Below are positions 26,138-37,600 of a stretch of 64,000 bases of DNA, piece after piece. The position numbers were made by a program, and so were the translations under genes. Location: positions 243,850,055 through 243,914,054 of the forward strand of contig NC_133622.1 in assembly GCF_048593235.1 (NCBI RefSeq), given 5' to 3'. Numbering within the stretch: the stretch's first letter is position 1; each line of letters begins with the position of its first letter. The notes beneath the pieces are model-generated. The model saw only the letters and a program-made list of their open reading frames with translations, was not told the origin of the DNA and searched no databases. The DNA is from Sminthopsis crassicaudata. Its lineage: Eukaryota.

Positions 26138-26663
26138 GTAAAGCCAAAGATTTTCTCCTTTTATTTTCTCTTCTTAAAGGCTCGGGGTCTTCTGGTCTCT
26201 CTCCTCTCCCCCCCCCTTTCTTCCCTCCTTTCCCTCCTTTTTGTCTCCCTCCTTTTCCTACTTCACTTGTGGGCATCTCCTCTCCCCCTGATCTGCCTCT
26301 CCACAAACAAGCAAAACAACAATTAACTATTCTAAAGCGCTAGGAATGGCGTGCTGGGTTTGTTTAACTGTCATTTTCCAAGTGGTTGGTGGGGAGGGGG
26401 CGAGAAGAGCAGGGGATCTGGAAACCTGGAGGGGGTCGAGTACCGGGTCGTAGTGTGTGTGGGGGGGTCGTGTGTGTGGGAGGGGTGGGGGGCAGGGTGT
26501 TCTGGGTGGTTTGGGAGCCCCGGAGGAGGTGGGCTGCACAGGGACTTGGAGCAGGCTAAGTGTGAGTGCACTCTGTGTGTTTGTGTTGTCTGTCCCTGAG
26601 GTGTGGCTCCGAGTTGTGTCGGGCTGCTGTGGTCCTGCTATTTGTGCTGAGGGGCCCGGAGTT

Positions 26664-26674
26664 TGTGTGTGTGT

Positions 26675-26720
<46 letters not shown>
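26664..26720. repeat. (GT)n microsatellite
   Basis: About 28 units with one interruption. Confidence 0.95.
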
Positions 26721-26722
<2 letters not shown>

Positions 26723-28980
26723 TCTGTGGCTGGGAGATGTGTGGGAGGCACAGTTGGGTGCTGGCGGTGGGGGCAGGAGAAAGTTCTCCCCCTCCCCCCT
26801 TCCCAGCTGCCCTCTTCTCTCTTATCCCATTCACATAACTTGGCTTTTCAGGTTCCTCCTGGTCTCCTCCTTTGGTCTCCATGGCTGCAGGGAAGGGGTG
26901 GGAGGGGAAATTCGAGCAGCCCACCCCTCTTGTGAGCCCCCGGCCCCTGCTGCTCTCAGCTAACCCTCCACCTGCCCTTTTCTCTCAGATCCTAAGGGCT
27001 CGGTCCCACGTCCCCTGCGGCTCTGGGGCTGGGGCCGGGATTGGGGTTGGGGCTCCCAGACCAAGAGCAGCCCTGTCCGAGTGTGAAGGGGATGGATTCA
27101 GCTCCCTCCCCTCCCCCCCATTTCCTTCGAGATCTCTCCACCGTGGTCTTGGGAAGAACTTCGAGGAACGACCGGCTCCTGGGCCCAAGGTGGGGGAGGG
27201 GCCATTCCAGGCTGGGTGAGTCCCAGGGTTTTTCTCTTTGGGGATGGAATGGAGGAGAGAGCCAGGGGGGAGGGGAGGGGGAAGCTAGAATTCCCTCCCC
27301 CTTCCCTTTTTCCCTAGCTTCCCTCCAGCCCAGGTCCCTCTCTTTACCCTGCCTGGGCAGATCGGTGGAGGGAGGGAGGAGGGACTAGCTCCCTAACTAA
27401 GGAGCAGTCCGCTCTCTCTTTGCCCCTTTGTCCCTTGTCGTCGGTGTGACCCAGTGGCTAGCCCTGACTGGCTTGTCTGGCCCTGGGGGCAGAGGTCAGG
27501 ACCCACCCCTGTGACTGACCCCAAGCCAGGCCTCCAGCTTCCACTTCCTTCCATCGGGACTATCTCTGCCAACGGGGCCCCTGTGTTTAAAGATCAATGG
27601 AACAAACTGCCCTGCTGAAGCTGGGGGTGGAACCTGGTGTGCAAATAGGAGAAGGGAGGGGTGTCCTTTGGGCTGCTGCTGCGGAAGGCTTGGGTGGGAG
27701 GTCCCATCCCCCCCTTAGAGATGGTGGAGGGGTCCCCAAACCTCAGGGATCAACTCCTGACTTATCCTTTCATCTCTGTCCCAGCCTTCCGAGGGTCTTG
27801 TCCTTGAGACTTAAACCTGTTTACAGCTGGAGGGAGGGATTTTCCGGGATTCTGGCCCCACACCGGAACAGTCTGTCCCTCGGGCTGGTGGTGGTGTCCA
27901 CCTCTGCACAACTGGATGTCCTCCTCGGATTCTCTCAGCTGTCTTTTACCCTGGGCCTTTCCCCAGTCTTGAGGGCATTTATTGGTGAGAAGATGAAGTC
28001 TTCAAAGGGCACAAAGAAAGCCCAGAGAAGGGAGTCTTTGTACCAGGTTCATTTTTGAAGTGTGGTGCTTATTCACAAGCTCTCGGGGCCCAGGGACAGA
28101 GACCCCCAGACAAGAGTCAAAGCTCATGAGTTTTGTTCGCTGCTGTTATTTGCCCGTGGTTCTGCTGTAAGTAAAGATGTACCCTCCACACATTGCTCAA
28201 CCATGTACCCATACGGTGTTTTGCAATTCTTAAATAGAAAGGGGTCAATGGCAGCAACTTGAAGCTAATCTACCTAAGTATCTGTTCCCTGTGGGCCCAT
28301 GGTCACTGTTCCCTCTCCCTTTCTCTCCCTTACCCCCTCCACCCACCCCTTATCTCTCCCCCCCTCCCCGACACACACACACACACACTCAGCTACCATC
28401 TCTTTGAAGTCTAGAAATGAGAGAGCTCTGCTATCTGGGGATGGAGTGGGTGGAGTTCAAAGATGAGAAAGGTCATTATAACTTCACTACAACCAGAAAA
28501 GTTGGGAGAGAGGAGTGACTTTAAGATTTAGGAAAGAGGAAAAGTTGATTACCAACCACCAGCACCTTTCACACAGACCCACTCACACTCACACGGGCTT
28601 TCAGACTGTCCATCCTTCCCCTGAAACACATACTTGGGATCAAACTGAAGGTAAGCATCCGTGTCTGGGCCTTTCTTCAGTTGTACCTGCATCCCTTACC
28701 TTGAATGACGAAAGCACCACCCACTGAAAAGAATGATCAGCTTAGCTTTGGGCCAAAATAGGCCTGCCTTCTCTAGGCTGGGAATAGGGATGGAAGAGAT
28801 GCAGAAAAAGGAGAAATATTGACTTGATGAGTTTGAAAATAGAGATAAAAGATGGTAAGTGAAATTGAAGAAAAGGAACAGAGAAGACGAAAAGAAGAAG
28901 GAAAATTGAATGAAATGGAAGAGATGAAGACATAGAATAAGAGGGGAGACATCCATCAGAAGCAAGACAGCTTTCCCACT

Positions 28981-29060
28981 CCCGGCCGGGGCTCTTTTCA
29001 CATTGTGCTACTGTCTGCACCTGTCACTAGCAGTGCAATGTAAAAAGGGCATTGGCTGGG
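28981..29060 (+). ncRNA. MIR130A: miR-130a precursor hairpin (5p 28991-29012; 3p 29031-29052 CAGTGCAATGTAAAAAGGGCAT)
   Basis: miR-130/301 seed AGTGCAA. Arms pair along their length, lower stem CCCGGCC/GGCTGGG, apical UGU, CNNC (CAAC 29067-29070). Syntenic position between SERPING1 and YPEL4. Confidence 0.96.
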
Positions 29061-31709
29061 CAGTACCAACCTGCACCGGCCGCCTTCGATTTGTCCCTGC
29101 AGCAGTTGGGTTTTGGTGTTGGAATCTGCATCCATTTAGCATGGATCCAAGTGTTATCCTGAGCCTGACCTCAGTTCCTAAGTCACCCACTATTAATTAC
29201 CCTGTGTGGAGAAGTGATATGGCTGCCAAAAAACAACAGACCTATGGGTGTACTGTTGGGGATGGGGAGGTGAGAGGTTGCTATACCATGTGTGGTTAAA
29301 TGAAGGTCAAAATCTGTAGTGGTAAAGGCACTTCCCATACAAGGGTCCCTAATTGTCCCAGAACTTTTAAATCAAGAGGGGGAGAAAATGGACTGCCCAT
29401 TTTCTTTTCTGGCAAATTCAGAACAAGATTGGATGATATAGAGGAGAACAATAGCTCAAAAGGAGCCCCTTGCTTGGGACAGGGAGAGGAACACAGAAGG
29501 AAGTGTGGCTGCTCACCCCTGTCAGTCCACCCCAGTTGTTCCTTCGCTGGGTGCTCAGGGAAGAAGAGAGAGAAGGAAGCAGTCTTGTCCCCAAACATAG
29601 GATCTCAGATTATAGAGAGACCTTAAAGATCATCTGTTCTTAAGGGTTCAGAATTGGAAGGCACCTGAGAGTCACGTTGCCTACCTGTATTTGGACAAGT
29701 CCCTTTGCTTCCCAGCATACCCAATTAATGGTCATGCAGCCTTTGCAAATGAAGACCTTCGGAGGTAGGAAACACTTTATAGACGAAAAAATCAAGGCCA
29801 TCAAATTGAAAAATATGAGAGTCAAGATTTCAACCCAGATTCTCTAACCCCACAATCAATGCCCTTGAAAACATGAAGAGTAATTCCTTCAATTCAGAAA
29901 CCCTCGAGGCATGGATTAGTTGTAGTAAGAGGTGGGGAGGACCCCCCCACAAAGTGTTTTGGTCTTTTAGATGTTCACAGAATTGCCCAGGCCCTGATCA
30001 AATCTCCCATGATGAAAACAGGACCAGGCAGAAGAAGCCCATAGGCTATGGTGTGTAGCAGGTGCTGTATAAATTACTTGAATTAAAATTCATTCACTGA
30101 ACCACACATGATTTCTTAGCAGTGTTAAAAAAATGGCAGTTTGGACATGGTTTGCAAGGAGAGCTTTAGATCAGATACGGATAGGTGCCATCTCTGGTCA
30201 CATGGACCTTAGTGGCCAAGGATGAAATTCACATAATGGCATATAGCTCAAATGAACCCTCTGAGAGCATCTTCATCTTGCTTTACAGTTGAAGAAACTA
30301 AGGGAAGGCCCTTATGCTTGGGCAGACAGAATCTAGGATACTAGAGATTTCATGTAGATCCAGAGGCTCAGTGTGCCTGTTATCATCCCCTTCCTTCCCA
30401 AGAACTTCCATTCTCCGTGTATCCATTGTCTTTCAAAGCCCTCTTGGGCATCCCAAGCATTGCACTCATCCACCGGGTGGTCTTTCAGGAGCAATGTGGC
30501 TCTGAGACATTGTCTTCATGTGACTTATGTCTGTTATAACTTTGCCATCCCTCACTGGCCTCCATTTCTGTTCTTTAACCTTAAGCCCTGAATAAAAAAG
30601 ATTGGGTTGGGTTCATTTGATTTCTAGGAGAATGTAACCTGATGAAGACTTTGAGCTATGAGAGCAGGGAACTATTTTTTGCCTTTCTTGGAATCTCCAG
30701 CACTTAGAGCACAGTGACTGGCACGTAGGAGGCATTTATTATTGCTTATTGGCTGAAGAACAGAAGCNNNNNNNNNNNNNNNNNNNNNNNNNNNNNNNNN
30801 NNNNNNNNNNNNNNNNNNNNNNNNNNNNNNNNNNNNNNNNNNNNNNNNNNNNNNNNNNNNNNNNNNNNNNNNNNNNNNNNNNNNNNNNNNNNNNNNNNNN
30901 NNNNNNNNNNNNNNNNNNNNNNNNNNNNNNNNNNNNNNNNNNNNNNNNNNNNNNNNNNNNNNNNNNNNNNNNNNNNNNNNNNNNNNNNNNNNNNNNNNNN
31001 NNNNNNNNNNNNNNNNNNNNNNNNNNNNNNNNNNNNNNNNNNNNNNNNNNNNNNNNNNNNNNNNNNNNNNNNNNNNNNNNNNNGTCTCTCCTGAGACCCA
31101 GTGACACTACAATTTTGAGCTACTCCCAATTTCTGCTGGTTGTGGGTAGACTCTTTACTGAATAATCGTTTTAAAAAACCTAAAGTAGTGTGTGTGAGGT
31201 GGTCAGAGGCAGCCAGGTGGTGAAAGTGGATAGGGAGAACTCTCAGTAAGGAAGACCTGAGTTCAAATAGGATTTCACTAGCTCTCAAAATCAGATAACA
31301 GCACTTACCTCTGGAGGTTGCCCTGAGGATAAAACGAGGTGCTTTTTACAAAACTTAAAGCACAAAACGAAATGAATATCCGGAGAATCAGCCGGAATCA
31401 AGAGGGACCTCAGAGCTGCGCTCACATGTTCCCAGATTTGAAGGCTTACCTGGATTCGGGAAGTCACCTCCAGCCCAGAATGCCGGGACTCAGACCGGTG
31501 ATCACAAAGTATACAACACCTTGGGGGCAAAATTCCCCCTAAAAACTTTTGGGCTGAAGATGGGTCTCCTACTAGCAAAGGAGCTCTGCTGCCCCCTGGT
31601 GGGCGTCAATGTTGACAAGAACCCCTCAAATGAGAAGCTCCTTCTGACTTGGGGGCTTGGGTGAAAGACAGGGCAAATCTTTGCACTTAGCTGGGTTTTT
31701 TTCCCCATT

Positions 31710-31715
31710 TTTATT
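31710..31715 (-). terminator. YPEL4: YPEL4 polyadenylation signal
   Basis: AATAAA on the - strand about 830 nt after the stop, with upstream TGTA (CFIm-type) and U-rich sequence. Confidence 0.7.
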
Positions 31716-32548
31716 AAAAATAAACTCAAACACTTTTTCATACAAAAGTTTCGTGCGCTGGTGGCCGCCACAGGAAAGTCCCGCCTGTGGCACTGATTTC
31801 CCACCTGAGCCCCAGTTGTCTGAGTCCCAGGAAGCACTGGCCCCCTGGGGACCGAGCCAGCTGGGGAGGGAAGTCACGGGGGCAGCTCCCCCATCCCAAT
31901 GGCGAAGGTTATATATGCAAAAGTGCCTCTGACAGGTGCCGAGTGAAATGGACATCCCAGTGAGCCTTCATCTCTTCCGGGGACTTGGGGCTGAGGTCTC
32001 TCTGCCCCCCTGGGAGGCCTTTCTGCTTCGGGCACGTTCTGAGCCGCTCTCCCAGAGCCGGGGGACGTCTCGCTCCAACCACGGAGGCCATCTCTGGCTA
32101 CTCCCTGCGGCCTACGGCCTGTGCCAGGCCAGGCCCCGCCTGCCTCAGCGGCAGTTCTTGGCCCCAGTCATATCTGAACCCCCACCTACTGGAAGGAGGG
32201 GCTCGGCCCTGCCGGTTCCCCGCTTCAAAACACCCCAGCGGCAGAAGGGTCTGAATTCTGGGACTCTGGAGCCAGAGCCGTCGCCCCGACTTTTTCTACC
32301 CCTGTTGCCATCCGTTATCCCTGTCCCTTGAGCATCCCCCCAGGATAGCCCAGACCAGCCCAGACCCCTTTTCCAAAGGGGACCTCCATGGGGATGTGGT
32401 GGGGTGGAGGGGCTAGACGGAGCTGGGTTTTCCCCAGGGGGCCGGGGTGGGACAGTACTGGTGCTAGGGTGGACAGCATGTCGAGGCGGGGGGCGAGGTA
32501 TGGGGGCGGGGTGTGGGGCATGCGGATGGGGCATCCTGCCTGAGCCCC

Positions 32549-32638
32549 TCAGTCCCAGCCGTTGTCCTTCACCATGTGCGACATTTCAATGATGTATTTT
32601 CCCTCCTTGTACTTCTGGCTTGTCTCAAAGGCTTGCTC
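32549..32638 (-). CDS. YPEL4: Yippee-like 4, last coding exon
   Basis: ccag|[32 protein letters not shown]. Confidence 0.96.
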   Translation of the reverse strand, partial: EQAFETSQKYKEGKYIIEMSHMVKDNGWD

Positions 32639-32846
32639 CTGGTGGAGTGGGAAGCAATGGGTGGAAGGTCGTCTAGCGTGCCTTCCACGTCCCATTGATG
32701 CCCTATCACCCCTTCCCAGCACCTTTGGCCCAATGGCGGATCGGAGCCTCAGAGAACAGCCCCCGGCTCGGAGGGCGGTGGGGGCCTTAGAAGTGGACAT
32801 GGGATGGATGGCTCACCTCAGGGAGCAGGTGTCCCAGAATACTCAC

Positions 32847-32955
32847 ATATTTCCAGCCCAAGGTGGTTTTGCAGCTCTCACAGAAGATGTCAGCCACAGA
32901 GTGGAGGCCAGTGAGCAGGAGGCGCTGTTCAGCTGGCCCACAACCCACGTTGACC
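32847..32955 (-). CDS. YPEL4: Yippee-like 4, coding exon 3
   Basis: acag|G...TAT|gtgagt, 109 nt, [36 protein letters not shown] (second CxxC). Confidence 0.96.
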
Positions 32956-33354
32956 CTGTCTCGGGAAACAGCCAGCAAAGCCAGGCAGGGGAGGGGTGTT
33001 TGTTACTCAGGTCAGCCCCCCTGACCAACCCAAAGGGATCCTCCCCAGAAGGATCTAACCCCAGAAATCTGGAGAAACCCATCATTTCAGAGCCACCCCC
33101 TTTTTGGTTGATCCCTGGGGATTGCTTTCTCCAATGATGTGCTATCGGCATCTTAGCCCTCCCCAGGGACTTATTCCTGGGAGGATCACGGGCCAGGCTC
33201 CTCTGCTAACAGGGTGCAAAGAGGGACCTTTGTCCCACCGGCTGGGTAAGGGAGTTGCAATACCTGTTTGCTTCCCTCTGATTGCTAGGGGGGAACTTGA
33301 CCCTGAAGCCCCTTGTTCCACAGGGGGAAAAAATAAGGAAAGAGGGAGACTCAC

Positions 33355-33398
33355 ACAGAGTTAAACAGGTAGGCCCGGCCATGGCTCCCCTGGAAGGA
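33355..33398 (-). CDS. YPEL4: Yippee-like 4, coding exon 2
   Basis: ccacag|TCC...GT|gtgagt, 44 nt, SFQGSHGRAYLFNS. Confidence 0.94.
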
Positions 33399-33606
33399 CT
33401 GTGGAGACACAGGATAGAGAGTGACCACCAGGGACCCCGCGGTCCCACCATCTGTTCCCCCTCAATGCCACAAACGAGGGAGAACTTTCTGATCGGGACT
33501 GGTAGGCTCACTCCCGGTGATGTTCGTATAGGGGGAGTCCTGGCTGGGGAAAAAGTCCCTCACCATTCGGAAGGAAGGGGAGAAATGTGGGTCCTTCTGG
33601 GCGTAC

Positions 33607-33747
33607 CTTGGAGATGAGCTCATCGTGCTTGGCCAGGTGTGCCCGGCAGTGAACACAGCTGTATGTGCGATGACAGCGGGGCAGGTAACTGCGGAAGGTC
33701 TTGGTGGGGAGGCAGGCAGGGCCCGGGCCGGGCTCGCAGCTGGGCAT
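33607..33747 (-). CDS. YPEL4: Yippee-like 4, first coding exon from AUG (exon starts at 33931; ACG extension from 33852, see findings)
   Basis: [47 protein letters not shown]|gtacgc. Joined CDS 141+44+109+90 = 384 nt = 127 aa. Confidence 0.95.
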
Positions 33748-35799
33748 GACGGGCTGGAGGGCAATGCCCTGCCGGGCTGGGGGGGCTGGCGCAGTGCAGC
33801 CCCCACACAGACGATCGCAGGTGAAGCAGCGAAGCAGGTTGGCTAGAGCCGTGTTTCAGGACAGGAGAAATGTGGGGGGGCTGCCCGACCAGGGCCCCCC
33901 CAGACGAGAACCAGGTAGAAATGAAGGTCACCTGGGAAGAGGGGAAGGGGTGCATGAGGAGAGCACTGAGGCAGTGGAAGACTGGGGGTGTCTGGTTTCC
34001 TGGTTACCCTTCAGCCTCTCATGCTGTCTCCTGATACCAAAGACTAGCCCTTTTCTAGGAGTTTGTTTTGTTTTGTTTTTCCCCGTCCCCTTGATTCTAA
34101 TTCTGCTCTGGTGAGCTCAGCAGCAGTTCCAGCCTGCTGGCATGAGTCAGGGAGGCAGTATTTGGGGCGGGGATGGGGAGGGTAGCAGCAGCCTCCATCA
34201 TCTTTCCCTGAAAGCTCTCTAATAAGATGAAGGATGCTCAGGAGCCCCGTCATCTGCCAGTGTTTTCTTGGCCGTCCATTCATCTGTGCCGCTCGTACTT
34301 ATTGCTGCATCCAGTTGCACACTTGAGCCTTTGAAAGTTGGGGTGCTTCCGTTTCTTTCCTTGGCTCCCCCCCTCCTCCCATTTGCAATTCACAACATTC
34401 CCCACAACACCACCAGTTCCACGTGAGGCTGGGAAGGTGTGCCAAGACTTGGAGAAGATAGGATGTGTTCTGGGGGGGGAGCGGCACCGAGCTGCAAACA
34501 CACACTCAGAGCTTTCCTTCTTTCCCACTGTTTCAGATTGTGGAGTCCTCCTTTCACCACTAGGAGGGAGAACTTCGCAGCTTCCCAGCTCCCCCGTTGC
34601 AAGGCTCACCTCTGGGGATGCAGCACAGCGAGCGGCCCCCTTGATGGCCGCCCATTCCAGCCTAGCACAGCACTCTTAGCCAAGGAGCTACACTCTAAGC
34701 CTGTGATTGATTTCAGGAGCATTTGGATCAAAATTACTCCTTCTTTTTGTCTTGAGTGACTAATGTTCATCAGGCACCCAGAACCGGGAGCCTCTCCTCC
34801 CTGCTCTGCCCCCACAATCCCTCACCCACACCCATCCCTCACTCGTGGGAGCATGTGCGCAGAAAACTGGGAAGACTCAATAAAGCCCCCATAACAGGGC
34901 GATGGCTACAAGCCTCTTGTCCTAGGAAGGCTTGTTCGGGAGGCTCATTGAAGTTTCAGACAAAGGAGAGGGTCTCTCTTTTTTTTTTTTAAGTTTGTAG
35001 TTAGACCACTTCTATCCAAAAGCTTCCTTCCATATCCCATGGTCCATCTGGGTCTGGAGGGTGTCGGGGCAGGCTATGTCTCCGAGCACGAGCTTTGGCA
35101 AGTGCTCCCAGATCCGAATGGCCCAGGTGAGAGACTTGTTGGCTCCTGGTTATGCTGATGTTCCAGAAGCACATGACCAACTTAATCACAGGATACAGCT
35201 TCTTTGGCCACAGAAACTCTTAAAGACCAGAGGGGGCTCAGCCCCCCCTGGGTGGATGGAGTACCCACAAAAGGACAGCTCTACTGAGGGACTGAAACAG
35301 GAACGAGCCAAAATGGCCTTAAAGGCAAGGGAAGAGCTACATGACTGGGATCAAGAAGGCTTCTGGGGAATGGTTTTGGAGAGACACACTGGTTTCCAGT
35401 GAAACTCCAACTCCACATGGGTGAAGAGCAGGAAATCGGGAACGTCTGCTGTTGGCTGGTCTGGGCATTGGCAGATTTTGGCCTCGGCTCCTCGCTCTTC
35501 TGGGCTCGTCCAAAGGGCCTGCGGAGGGCCAGTGCAGGTGGACATCGATCGGAGGGATACAGGTTTGATGCAGAGAAATGCTCCAAGCTTCAGACCCAGC
35601 CGGAGCAGAATGGAGCTCGCCCTTCTCTCAGGAGCGTGCCTCCCACTTCTGCACCCCAAACAGCCTCCGGAAGCTTTCTCGTCCTCTGCAGGAGCCAGCC
35701 TTGCCTCCCGGCTCACTGAGCCCGACTTCTTCCCTCACTACATATGATCCAGGTAGGAAAAGCTGCCGCTGCGTTCAGGGTGACATTGTGGTCCAGCAG

Positions 35800-37600
35800 A
35801 GCGCCGGCAGCTTAGCCTTCGGCCCCTTGTATTGGGCTCTCCTTGCTGCCCTTAAGCCGGGCTCTCTCGATTAGCCGCTGTTCTGCTCGGAGAAAGCTGG
35901 CAGCCCTGTGGAGCGCCCAGACCTTCTCCTCCAGCCAGTTCCAGGCTAGCCCCCGCCCCCAGGAAGGTGGAGACAGCCCCGAGCATCAGAGGATAATGGA
36001 AAAAGTGACAAGAATAGGGATGGGGAGACTGCATCTATTCTTCCCCCTCTCAAATAACAGCAAGGAAGCAGGTTGGAAACAACAACAACAAGAGAGCGAG
36101 CCAAGGATTTTCTGCCCTCCTAGGAGACGGGGCTGGCCTTGGAGGAGGTGGGGAGGAAGGGAGGGAGGGGAGCAGGGGGGGATCCAGCCGCCCCGATAGC
36201 CTCCCAGGAGCGCTCTAGGACCAGATGCTAATCCCGTGCCTCTTTGGGGGAAAAAAAAAAAAAAAAGCTGGGGGGGGGGAGGAGAGCGCATCAGAGAGCT
36301 TCTCGTCAGCCCCGAGATCTCAGCCCCCCCCCCGGGTGATTTCGGGAGCTTGAGACCATTCACTCCCCCCGCACCCCAACGATAACTTGGAGTGCTGTCC
36401 ACCGGGGGGGGGGAGGCCGGGATCTGGAGGGTCCCCCCCCAAGTGGCCGCGATCTCTTCCGCCAAACCATAAGCAGCACCGATCGCCCCCGCAGCGAAAG
36501 TTGGGGGGGGGGGTCGGGGACCAGACAGCCCGGGGAGCTGCGGAGCCGGACGGAGCTGGCGAGATGCCCCCAGGCAGGCGAGGGGCGCCGCGGAGGAGAG
36601 CGAGGGGCGCGGGAGGGAGCGGGCAGGGAGCGAGAGAGGACAAAGGACGGCCGGATGAATAATGCATTTGCCAGGAGGATCAAAGCGCCGCAGAGCGAGG
36701 AGATTGGAAAAGGAAAACAATCGGGTGGGAGCTGCCCCCTCACCTTGAGGTCTGCGCCCGAGATCTCCGAGTGTGTGTCTCTCACGCTCCGCTCTTCCTT
36801 TATTTGTGCGTCCGCCTTCGATCGGGAAGGGGATGCGGGTCCCAAAGGGCCCGGGCCCGGGGCGCGCGGCCGGGGCCCGATGGAGCGCCGGGGACCCGGG
36901 GTGGGGGCGGGGGTCTCTCCTGCTCGGGCTCTGTCTGGGGGTGAATGTGGCTGGATGTTGTGGAGCTGCCTCATAACACTGTGAGTCATCCAGCCCCCGG
37001 CCCCCCCCCCTCCCACGTCAGAGCGGGGCTGGGAGACACAGGGGGCGGGCCGGGAGGGAGGCAGGGAGGGGGCAGAAACTGGGGGGCCGATGCGGGAGTG
37101 CAGCAGGGTGGCGAGGGGGCAGGAGCACGACTGCCGGCGCCATGGCGAGCAGGGAGCCGGGCGGAGCGCGCGGCCGACGGGGACGCCTCCGAACCACACG
37201 GGGTGACCGGGGAAGGCAGAAGAGAGAAGGAGAGAGAAAGGTGCCACGGAGGGAGGGAGGGAGGAGAGCCGGAGCGTGATCCATTCCCACGTCTCGGTCC
37301 TGACCGCGGTCCTGACGCAGGCCGGAGAAGGGCGGACTCCCGGGCTGGGGACGGCCCAGGGAGCCCCCGGCTCGCTCCCACCCCCCCGCGCGCCCCTTCC
37401 CAGGGAGCCCCTTCCCAGGGAGCCCCCAGCCAGAGCGACACCAAAAAGCGATCAACTCGCCAACTCTTCTCACTTATGGTCCGCCCGGGGGCGGGAGGTC
37501 TCGGATCCGCGGCAGCCGCTGACTCTTACCCCCATCGCCCCGACGCCTTCTCAACCCCTAGACTTAACCTCCATCGAGTTTGCGATGTGAATCACGCGGG
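35800..37600. promoter_or_regulatory. YPEL4: CpG island / YPEL4 promoter, with candidate non-coding first exon ending at 36744 (-)
   Basis: High GC and CpG content. Minus-strand donors CAAG|GTGAGG (36743) and GGG|GTAAGA (37529). TSS not determinable. Confidence 0.6.

Noticed and set aside
26457-26963. ORFs with CVCVCV or THTHTH runs
   Set aside because: Translations of the (GT)n microsatellite.
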